This document shows positions 54,401 through 64,000 of a stretch of 64,000 bases of DNA, one piece after another. Below the pieces are notes generated by a model, which worked only from the letters and a program-made list of their open reading frames with translations, was not told where the DNA came from and searched no databases. This DNA comes from Ascidiella aspersa (taxonomy: Eukaryota). Each line of letters opens with the position of its first letter. The first letter of the stretch is position 1. The DNA lies in NCBI GenBank assembly GCA_963924565.1, contig OZ004608.1, forward strand, positions 4,836,001-4,900,000, given 5' to 3'. The position numbers and the translations under genes were made by a program.

Positions 54401-57400
54401 ACCTCTTTCTTCTGTAAACAGTTGACGCTGCAATGTTGATGCTGATCGCGTGGTTTCCTCCGAACAAAACGTTACCGGTGTTCGGAACCGCTAATACGTC
54501 ACAACTCGCTCCAGCGAAACCGCTCGCACAGATACACGTCACGTTTCTGTGAAAGAAAACTTCAATTGAGTCATTGAGTCAAGTGTTACAAGTCTATTTG
54601 AAAAAACTTAGTGTATTATTTTGAAAAAACTTAGTGTACAAAATAAAAACGTCGAGTCCGAGTGCAAGTTGTTGATTGTGATGACATTTAAATTCCTTTG
54701 ATTTAAAGTCTCGGCCAACCATAGCGTACAACAGTGTTTCTCAATCTTTTTGCGGCGACCCAAAATAATAAGATTACTATAACAGCCAAGCTTTGTCGAA
54801 CCAATTCTAATTGATGAACTTTTTATATTAGAACAAAACACAACAAATATAATAAAACTGTTAATCATTATAAACGATGTCTTCGTATTTCTCCCACAAT
54901 TTTCTTACATTTTAAAGAAATCTTACTGTGAAAAACTCTCAATAAAACCATGTAAACTACTGCAGTCGGCGACCCAACCAAATTATAACGGCGAGGAAGT
55001 GCCCTAAATGTGCTTTAAAATCACGTTCCTACCCTCCGTTGTTGTTACAAGTAGAGCCATTCTTGCATTTGTCACAGGTATCACCAGTGCGACTACCCAT
55101 GGTCGTTGCCGCGATGGTGGTCGTTTCAGCTGGTGTGGTGGCCGCAATGGTGGTCATTGCCGCTGGTGTCGTGGCCGCAGTGGTGGTCGTTGCCGCTGGT
55201 GTGGTGGAGGCAATAGTGGTCGTTGCCGCTGGTGTGGTGGAGGCAATAGTGGTCGTTGCCGCTGGTGTCGTGGTCGTTGCCGCTGGTGTGGTGGCGGCAA
55301 TGGTGGTCGTGGCGGCAATGGTGGTCGTTGCCGCTGGTGTCGTGGCCGCAATGGTGGTCGTTGCCGCTGGTGTGGTGGAGGCAATAGTGGTCGTTGCCGC
55401 TGGGGTCGTGGCCGCAATGGTGGTCGTTGCCGCTGGTGTCGTGGCCGCAATAGTGGTCGTTGCCGCTGGTGTCGTGGCCGCAATGGTGGTCGTTGCCGCT
55501 GGTGTGGTGGAGGCAATAGTGGTCGTTGCCGCTGGGGTCGTGGCTGCAATGGTGGTCGCGGCCGCAATGGTGGTCGTGGCCGCAATGGTGGTCGTGGCCG
55601 CAATGGTGGTCGTGGCCGCAATGGTGGTCGTTGTCGCTGGTGTCGTGGCCGCAATGGTGGTCGTTGCCGCTGGTGTCGTAGCCGCAATGGTGGTCGTAGC
55701 CGCTGGTGTCGTGGCCGCAATGGTGGTCGTGGCCGCAATGGTGGTCGTTGCCGCTGGTGTCGTCGCCGCAATGGTGGTCGTTGCCGCTGGTGTCGTCGCC
55801 GCAATGGTGGTCGTTGCCGCTGGTGTCGTCGCCGCAATGGTGGTCGTTGCCGCTGGTGTGGTGGCGGCAATGGTGGTCGTTGCCGCTGGTGTGGTGGCCG
55901 CTGGTGTAGTGGCCGCGATGGTGGTCGTTGCCGCTGGTGTGGTGGCGGCAATAGTGGTTGGTGCTGAAGTTGTAGCAACGAAGACTAAACAAAAAAATCA
56001 CCAGAAAAATTAATTTACTTCCCATATTACATTACTTTTGTTTCTAATGAACTCTCTGCCGTTCATTTGTTTTAGTGATTACCAAGACCCTCACTTGGTT
56101 TGTGGACGTACGTCATCGCTCCCACGTGACCAGTGGATGACGTAGCGCCTGTTGCTTGCCACTGTGACGTGAACAATGAGCTGTTACTGGAGTAGTAAAG
56201 GTTCCGTCCAGTGTTGAGAAAAGGCATACTTGCAACTTTAATGTCACTTCCAGGAATTGCATTCCATACAGCGGGACTGGTAGGCAACCCAAATGCTCTA
56301 AATTCTAAAAGAGATTTTATTAATGATTTCGGATTTACAAGATTGGTTAGACTTACAATAAGTTAAAACTGGTCTTTTGGCTGTGAAAAATTAATGATTT
56401 GGCAGAACATATCTCAGTGGCCCTCTTTGGCAAATCCGCGTTATTCCTTAATATATAAATTTTAAAATAACTAAATAACAAAATCTTGACACATGACCAA
56501 GGCTGATAAACATTGTTTAACTTGCAGTAATTGCAAAAGAACACTTTGTAGCATTTTGAAACCTATAAAAGTAAATATGAAACCTTGGATATTGTTGGTC
56601 GCAAAAGTTGCCGAGTATTTGGTTTCGACGGTGAAGCACCCATAAGCTTGCACGTCACAATAGGCGTCTGTTGGCGCAACAATGCTCATGTAGGGGTAGC
56701 TGGTGGCTGGGAGGGTCGATCGACTGGCGAACCTTCGAGCGTGCACGGGGTACATGGCACGGGGAACCCCCATCAAAGCTGGAACAAAAGTGTTGGGCCG
56801 TTACGCATTTGATAAACATGTACAAAAGACTAGTAGGGTTTAATGTTGATAATGATCATTATTGTGTATGAACGTGGACGTATGCGTGCGCAGTGTTTTT
56901 TTTAAGGTGTTTTGGGGGACCGAAACGGTACGTGCGTGCGTGCGTGGTATATCCAAACTTCGGACACTCCCACTACACAAGGTAGATAGAGGTGCCCTTT
57001 CCAGAAGGATAAGCTGGTTGAGGCTTTAGCAGGCATGCCACAGTACAGGAAAATCATCTTTTCTTATGTCTATACTTTCGATGGAATACTTTGCCGAATA
57101 CGTAGCGAAACAGTGTTGGAAACAAGTAAAGAATCGATCAGGCCAAATATATCTAAATTGGAAAACGGATGCATAGAAGGAAAAGCGTTTTAAGATTCGA
57201 TAAGTCCACTACAAGATTCGATAAGTCCGGTTAACGTTCTCTACACACAAACAAATACCAAGCCTAGCCCAAGACGCAAACCTTAAACAAATGCTGCACT
57301 CTATAGCAGGGCATAACAGTGCATCATTTTTTAAATAATATAGAACATCGTTTTCATAAGTAAAAAATACAGTTTTTAAGAACAAAAAAGTGAATTATAT

Positions 57401-60400
57401 ACGGTTTCTAATGTTAGCTGTATAGGACTTTTGACTAATTGGAATCGTCAAAATTACTCGTCGAAATTGTTTGTTTAATAATTTAATGAAGTTCCAAATT
57501 ACCAATGATTTAATTTAAGTAACAGGAAAATAAATCACTACAGGAATAAAATAGTGAAACGCTTTCATTTCATGTGGATCAAAAAGGTAACTTTTACTAA
57601 TTGCAAAATTTGCAATAAGTAAAACACTGGTCCCAGAAGATGATCCACGTAATTTGGAATTTGAGTATTTGAGTAAAGACACCAATGACTACAGTAAAAT
57701 CTAAAGACAAGTCTTTAATCGGGAAAGAAATCACAAACCTGTGTTATCTCCGCTTTTTGCAAAAAGAACCGGCATAAAGATGACCGTTGATCGGATGAGC
57801 AAACGGTAACCGCCCGACGGTGGAAAATAATCTTGGAAGGAGTAGGGAACAACTGTTAGGTTCACTGAACCAGTGGAGTTGGAGATCTGCAAAAAAAAAA
57901 CGTGAAACCCAGTGATGTAACGACTTCGATCACAAATAAATTGACTGGGTCTTGTCTCCTGGACAAAAACGAGCGGACTTGACTTGCAAGTCATTTGGGT
58001 GAAATTAATAACTTGATGATATAGTCGTTTGAACAAAATACTGTGGTTTAAATGCATGTTTTCATTAAATTTTTTATCGTATTTTTACACAAAAGAACAA
58101 TTCTATTGCCTAATGTTGAGTTTTTGTTTTTTTAGTTGAGTTAAAGTTCATATTTGTACAAGTTCATCACTTTTCAAAGTTTAACGTTTAATTTTGCATG
58201 GCAAGGACTTCTTTAAAAAATACTTGATTTGGCCTTAAGACTTTGGACTGAAGTAATTTTACAAACGAATTGACTTGAAGTCCCAATCAAGTCGTTAGTG
58301 TATAAAAAGTTGCAAAACATTGTTTTAAAGGCTTTTGCTAAAACTAAAATTTCCCAATTAAAGAAATTTAAAATGAGGTTTAAACACTTATTTAATAGTA
58401 CACAAATGACGTTACGTTTGTCAACAATCTTTGCTATTATGTTCACAAAATCGACATTTCTGACTGACCGTCACAACCGCCGTTTCCCTGAAGGTCACGA
58501 TACGAATGACGTAGCCAGCCGGTCTGGTGACGTCAGGATTGATGACGTATTCGGTTCCCCATAGCGACACGGGGAGGAGTTGCTCGGCCATGTGGTCAAT
58601 GGTCAGGTCGTTGAAGGAACCGGATGGAACCTTAAGGAAAATGAGTTTTACTAAAATCTTTTAACAAAAGATGCTTCTGTGAAGCATAATTGTAATTCTT
58701 GTTGGAAGTTTGACAGTTTAGTCAAATGAAGATAAAAAAAGTTCGAAATGGTAAATTTGATTTTTACTTAAATTGTAAAAATTATAGCGTATGATTTATT
58801 TAACGTATTAGTGTGTAATGCGCATTAAAACGTTATTATGGCGATATGAACTAGTAGTAAAGAGGTAAAATTACAAAACAATAAACTAACCAAATTACAA
58901 CAGAAAATGCATACTGATTATAGTGGATAACTACTTTCATAAAATAAAAGTTTTGTAAGACCATGGTGTTAAACTAGTGACTTTCGACCGGTCTGGACAT
59001 TTGTAAAATTAATAAATTTCTCGTGGAACACTATAGTGTTACGCGAAACACCGGTTGAAAATCACTATGATATCATGATGCGTTTTGTTTAAGTATAAGT
59101 TAGATTTGGTTGACTATAGGTCACGCACTGCTGCGTCCAGCATGACGGAGACGACGCTGATTGGTTGAGAAGCGGTCACGTGCAGGCCGGTGAGATCCGA
59201 AAAGGCCGCGAAGTTTGCGTGCTTGGCTATAATGTGGATAGAACCGGACGTTGCCATGGTAGCATTGGCAACCATGCCAGTTGATGACGTCACTGTGACG
59301 TTGACGCCGGAGTGGAGACTGGTGATGACGAGGAAACTGAGGCGGGCCTCGTAGGAAGTGACAACATAATGCTTTGCCCAGGCACAAACCGGTAATACTT
59401 TGAAGGAAGCTTTCTTCCTAAACAATGAAAGTGGGAATATGGTGAGAACTAGCAAGTTGAAAGTAATATGTTATCACAAATCAGATTCCCACAAGATAAT
59501 TCGGTCGCCTGTTTTGTTCTTAATTATTGTTTTGCCAGGATGTGTGTTGTTCTTCTCTATTATTAGGCCTGAAGCTCCAAAAAATAGCCAAGTTTTTGGT
59601 TTTATTTCGTAGACAGTTTTAGTGTTGATTTATTTTCTCGGTGTTCATTCTGTTTGGTAAAAGCTAATTTGTGACGATTTAACCTTTATATCATTATGGA
59701 CGAACATTCCAAGCTTAAAATTATGAAGCTTTAGTGCAACAATTTGCTTCATGAGCTAAAATCAAATCCTCGTTGTAATTGTTTTACACTATATTGCACG
59801 ATTTTAAATATGTTAACATGCAATTATGGCAAGTAGTTTAATCCAGGTCATTTAAATTTGAACGTTAACTTTTTTCTTACAGATTTGTGCAAAGTCTTAC
59901 CCAGTCGATATTGACGAGATTCGTGCCACAATCTGAAATCCGTCCGTGGACTGCAGCTTGACTCCGTGGTTCGATGGAGAGAGTCCGAATACGTAAGTCA
60001 AAGGGTTTATCTTGTTGCTCGAACTCATCAGATACAGCCAGTTGCCCTGGGTAATCGTAAGGTTTTTTTGGTAGCCGTCCGTAATGTTGCTTGTGGCAAG
60101 CTACAATAAAAAAAAATATATACAAAATATAAAATACAATAGTTTGAAACCGTGTTTTTTTGTGTTTGTGTTAGGACGAACTCGATAGATGTCAATTACT
60201 ACTGTTACAAGTTTATAAAGTTATATCCTGCAATAATAATAAACAAGCAACCATAGAAAACCTATTAAAAAGGGATTAAAATCGATAGGGTTCTAAAGCA
60301 AATATCACTATCACTTAATATACCTACCCTTTAAAATCACTGTTTTTCAACAGTTTCTAGCTGCAACCCAAAACCTAGACCAATATTTCCTAATATTTTG

Positions 60401-62055
60401 GTTCTCGGGACCACCTTTTTATTTAACGGATCCTTTCGAGACATCCTAAGATTAGAATATTACACAAAAAACAGTCGGACATGTTAAAAAAGAGGTTAAA
60501 AAAGTTACTTATTGGAAGTTAATTAGTTTTTTTACAAACTTATAATCTCCTGTAGTAAAATTAAATAAAAGCAACAAAAAACCGAAGTTTTTGTATTCAA
60601 ACGAGAATTAAAGCCGACAGGATGTTTATACATTTGCTATTCAATGTTTAGAGATAGTTTTACTATCATTCTAAAAATAGCCCAATAAATAATATACCTG
60701 GGAGTTCGTGATATTCTTGTAGCTATTAAGGTAGATCTCCACTTTTGTGTTTCCAATCGGTGGAATAAAGAATAAGCTGCCGAATGATGTGCAATTGAGG
60801 TCTCCTTAGAAAAAGCAAGCAAGTTACTTACGACAGAAAATAAACGGGAATACCAAAGGTTAGACAAATACCAACAACTTACTGTTGAATGAGAGAGGTT
60901 TCGATCTTGGAAAAAGGCTGGCACCTGCAAAACAGTTTATAATGTAACTTACCCCATTTACCGGAGAAATCCTATGATTTAATGTAACTTACCCCATTTA
61001 CCGGATAAATCCCATAATTTTATTAGAGCACAAAGAACGTGATTTACATAAGTAAACACGCCTCAATTGACACAAGCTTCTACACCACTACGACTCGTGC
61101 CTGCGTTTAGCTGTTTTATGGTAAGAGTTTACTGGACAGCGCTTTCAAATAGGTCACGAGCAGTTTTTTTTTAAGGTTTGGTTTGGGTGACTGCTAAGTA
61201 GTTTTAAGAGACCGCAAGTGTTTCATTTAAATTCCAAAAGTTGCAAGTCCAAAATTTGGGAAACCGCTGAGAAATTTGGAAAACACCTTAAAAAAACACT
61301 GGTCACGAGTATTACCTCGAACAAAAAATATTTTAAACTATCGCAAAACAATACAACACGCCTCGAATTAAACATGCCTTTATAGCAGCGGTTACCAAAC
61401 TTTTTCTAAAAATATTGCCTGGTGGACCCGTTGCATTACTTTAACATATCGCGGCCTTATTAAAAATGGGTAAGCCTTATTAAAAATGGGTAAGGTCAAG
61501 GGTAAGTTGACCCATGCTTCTTATAGTACACTAGTGCAGTCATGATTCTTTCTTATGTAACAACTTTGTAGTTTGTAACTAATGCGAATAGCAGGTATAG
61601 TACAGCCTAATAATTAATATATGCTTTATTATGTCTTTTATTATGAGACATCATAAAACACGTTATATGATCGAATATTAAGCATAACTAAAGACAATAA
61701 TGATCCCCAGTTTGTGAACGCTGCTTTATAGCAGCACGACTATGACTGTGTTTAGCTGTTTTTTTTCTAGAAGGAATTAGCTTTTGATTAGGTCACGAGT
61801 ATGAACGCGACCAGAATATTAGATCCAAGGGGCAATTTTAATTAACCCATTATTGTGCAAACGTATAACAAAACGGAACCGTTAAAAAACATGTTTTTCG
61901 AAAAATAGTGAGATGGACTTACCAACGGTGCTCACAAAAGTTGGGTCGCTTGGTGGGAAGGTGCATTGGTAGGACATTGCGTGTATGTATCGTTTTAATC
62001 CAACTTTGTAGTTAAACGATGGGGGAAACTTTGACACCAAGGAGTCGCTTTCAAC
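39452..62055 (-). CDS. Large type I membrane mucin-like ZP-domain mosaic protein (IgGFc-binding, Thr-rich repeats, EGF, LamG/pentraxin-like, C-type lectin, VWA, ZP, TM); 5' end unresolved
   Basis: 29 phase-consistent exons, 6813 nt: 62055-61923, 60924-60883, 60804-60698, 60100-59901, 59417-59129, 58630-58469, 57886-57739, 56778-56584, 56304-56095, 55984-55033, 54546-54403, 52955-52803, 52380-52235, 51735-51455, 50793-50571, 49934-49743, 49283-49046, 48224-48020, 47056-46886, 46412-46193, 45792-45673, 45479-44609, 44321-44118, 43674-43435, 42746-42584, 42112-41995, 41176-40981, 40321-40254, 39873-39452. Motifs: DLTGLHVTASQPISVVS and DHMAEQLLPVSLWG (IgGFc-binding); CKNGSTC..CICASGFAGASC (EGF); THICVR..VFVNG; CPEGW..SCF; VVCTATGMTV..DCG..VSCSY..VHKCVASP..VYIHC..LC (ZP); RKRR; LAALIFFTFIFLMGIIVAVIF (TM). 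The first three exons are the least certain. Confidence 0.82.
41381..41960. mobile_element. hAT (Buster/Charlie-like) MITE
   Basis: CAGGGTTCTCAAAC/GTTTGAGAACCTTG; TSD GTCTAAAG on both sides. Confidence 0.82.
44835..45430 (-). repeat. Coding 24-bp minisatellite (mucin repeat 2: ATTATTAG / VTTNTTAG)
   Basis: GCAGTGGTCGCACCAGCAGTCGTG-type units in exon 45479-44609. Confidence 0.95.
48324..48478. repeat. Intronic 18-bp minisatellite
   Basis: AATTGCTGCAAATCTACC-like unit repeated ~8 times. Confidence 0.9.
50428..50538. repeat. Local ~50-bp tandem duplication spanning the end of a MITE remnant
   Basis: AGTATCGAATACCAGATATGGGACACCTCTAATG(G/T)CTGAAAGACAAATAA x2. Confidence 0.85.
51233..51428. mobile_element. 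hAT (Buster/Charlie-like) MITE
   Basis: TAGGGGTGTCCAAC/GTTGGACACCCCTG; perfect TSD CATTAGAT. Confidence 0.88.
53998..54397. mobile_element. hAT-type MITE, AAGTC-repeat family, inserted across a splice donor
   Basis: Perfect TIR CAGTGTTGTAA/TTACAACACTG; perfect TSD GAAACCTC (53990-53997, 54398-54405). Confidence 0.93.
55100..55960 (-). repeat. Coding 33-bp/18-bp minisatellite (mucin repeat 1: TTTIAATTPAA)
   Basis: GCCGCTGGTGTCGTGGCCGCAATGGTGGTCGTT-type units in exon 55984-55033. Confidence 0.95.
60941..61020. repeat. 40-bp tandem duplication
   Basis: AATGTAACTTACCCCATTTACCGGA(G/T)AAATCC x2. Confidence 0.85.
61386..61723. mobile_element. hAT (Buster/Charlie-like) MITE
   Basis: CAGCGGTTACCAAACT/AGTTTGTGAACGCTG; perfect TSD CTTTATAG. 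Confidence 0.8.
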
Positions 62056-63140
62056 CTGCGGGAAATCATGAGAACAAGGTTTTACTAAATATGTTTGGAC
62101 CTAGATTTTGTTTGGGAGTTGGGGGGAGCAGAGGCAGACTTGACTTGGACATTCTTAAAGTTTGCCATTCATCACGTCATACGTCACACGTCACAGCTTT
62201 CCAAGGGCGGGCGTTTCTTCGTGACAAACATAAATACAAATACGCCGTATTCTAATATTATTCAAGACGTTAAGAACGGGCATTCTAGTGACCTGTTCTT
62301 TGGAGTCGTCTTGGCAAGAAACTTGTAAGACAATTAGGCAGCCGTCGGTTCTCGACAAAATCCAGCGCCAACTTTCCCCCACCCGTACCTCACCCGTAAC
62401 TACATTTCTTAATCGCTAAAAAGACAAACCTTTAATTCAGACCCGCAGGTTTTGTAGTCGCTTTTGACTTGTATGGCGGGAATCATCTGAAGTAAAGTCT
62501 TTTTTGAATAACAACCTGAACCTTCCAAGTTGAAGTTGACTTGCTGAAGTTCTAAATGCATTGAAGACCAAATTTAACCTTTTTAATTTAGTATTCGTAA
62601 GCAGGAGACAATAGTTAGTAAGTCAATAGTAAAGAGCTATTGAATTTGGCAAATATATTTCTTTGGGTCAATAATGCGCTCAGTGAATATTTATAAATAA
62701 CATAGAAAAAAACTTAAAAAATGACCAACTTATGCTCATCCGGTCAACTCCTATGTCACCAATATTATTCAATTTATTCTTTAAAATGCTTTGTTGCTGG
62801 TTTTGAGCGGCATGTGTAATTACCTTTTTACCAATTTACAACGATAGTTTATAACGACTCGTCTTTGGCCACCCTGCAATGTTGTAAACAAGCCATTTTG
62901 AAATGACTTCAAACCCAGGAGAGTTATTTGTCAAGTGATTTCAAAAATTAGCGGGAAGTCCCCGTCCCAGTTAAGTTATTATTAGAGCAAGTCCTCCAAG
63001 TCAAACCACTAATGTAATAATAAAACGATAAATCATTAAAAATGGTTAACTCGTCCGATTTAGCAATAATACTTAACTCAAGTACGGCCGACAAAACTAA
63101 CTCCATTCATTGACTTAAGGTCATTACAGCGCTGCTACCC

Positions 63141-63615
63141 CAGGGACGCCGGAGAGGGGGGGGGGGGGGGGAAAGCGCCCCTCCTGCCCTTTGCTAAGGG
63201 GGGCAAGGGGGGTGGGGCAAAAGAGCCCTTTTCATGAAAAATGATAAATACTATGCGACGGAAATCATAGCAGAGTTGTACACGCATTTTTTTATAAGAA
63301 ACTTGGCTCAAGCCGGGTACTAAAAATTTCTTAAATTTTCTATTGTTTAGAAAAAAGAGAACAATAGAACAAAAGAAGGAGTAGGGCTTGAGCTACGGAA
63401 AAATGCAAAAACATTCGTAAAATGACATGGTTGACATTTGTTAAAACATTTTTGGTACCATTTTAAGCCCATCAAGAAGGCGTGGCCGCCAAAATTTTTC
63501 CGGCGGAGTACCCCCGGACCCCACAATATTTCGGCTCGCTACGCTCGCCTGCGGTCTATGTTGCCCTTACCAAAAAATTCGCCCATCTTGCCCTGAAATC
63601 GCTCCGGCGTCCCTG
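63141..63615. mobile_element. hAT-like MITE with G-rich interior
   Basis: Perfect 14-bp TIR CAGGGACGCCGGAG/CTCCGGCGTCCCTG; imperfect flanks GCTACCC/GCTACGCC; abuts a degraded AAGTC-family copy. Confidence 0.82.
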
Positions 63616-63830
63616 GCTACGCCGGACAAAGTATATTTTATGTCACTCTGCAATTTTTCATCAAGATACAGATACATTCGACAAAACAGGTTTTATAAAA
63701 TAAACCGTATTTCGGTTTAAGGAATTTTCAGGGCTTTAAACAACGACAACGGCATGCGCATTTCAGCGTTTCCCTCAAGCTTCTTGTTATTAATATATCT
63801 TTGTATGTGGCCGTATTTGTCTAATTCTAA

Positions 63831-63960
63831 ATAGAGGAATTAGGTGGCACTGTATAAAGACAAATTGTATTAGATTCTCGACAAGCTTTCGCATAACCGT
63901 ACTTCATCAGGTCAAAGTATATACTTTGTCTTTATACAGTGACACCTGATTCCTCTGTTA
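63831..63960. mobile_element. Short foldback MITE with ~38-bp TIRs
   Basis: AGAGGAATTAGGTGGCACTGTATAAAGACAAA mirrored by TTTGTCTTTATACAGTGACACCTGATTCCTCT; TA at the right end. Confidence 0.75.
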
Positions 63961-64000
63961 TTAATATAACTCACCAAACAGAACTCACCCGTGCTTGCAT

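Noticed and set aside
55008-56013. Plus-strand Val/Ala-rich and Gly/Arg/Cys-rich ORFs (also 44837-45487)
   Set aside because: Antisense shadows of stop-free coding minisatellites.
55126-56025. 299-aa His/Cys-rich ORF (GNDHHCGHDTS)n with a signal-peptide-like start
   Set aside because: Alternative frame of the mucin repeat. The hydrophobic start is the intron's T-rich acceptor tract, and the Thr-rich frame is the one that joins the flanking exons and the EGF domain.
62191-62415. Further upstream exon(s) of the mosaic gene
   Set aside because: Several candidate splice sites but no unambiguous frame or signal peptide; left unannotated.

Overview
AT-rich, intron-rich animal genomic DNA. It looks like an invertebrate and is ascidian-like in compactness and repeat content, but the species cannot be determined from this window. 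By manual GT-AG exon chaining with phase checks I find five protein-coding genes: (1) the 5' 15 coding exons of axonemal dynein DNAH12 (- strand, runs off the left edge); (2) a 4-exon ~528-aa orphan with a C-terminal GIY-YIG-like motif set (-); (3) mitochondrial tRNA 2-thiouridylase TRMU/MnmA (-, 9 exons); (4) head-to-head with TRMU, a 9-exon gene encoding AT-hooks + CaRF-like DNA-binding region + an inactivated, truncated Mutator (MULE) transposase core + an intact Ulp1/C48 protease + PHD finger (+), which looks like a domesticated transposon; (5) a >=2270-aa, >=29-exon type I membrane mosaic protein (IgGFc-binding, mucin repeat, EGF, LamG/pentraxin-like, C-type lectin, VWA, second mucin repeat, ZP, furin site, TM) (-, 5' end unresolved). 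Introns and spacers are dense with hAT-type MITEs with 8-bp TSDs and tRNA-like SINE fragments. The most striking item is the last intron of gene 4, which appears to be a single MITE insertion whose target-site duplication and terminus supply the splice sites (Introner-type intron gain). Domain and family names come from motif recall, not database searches.
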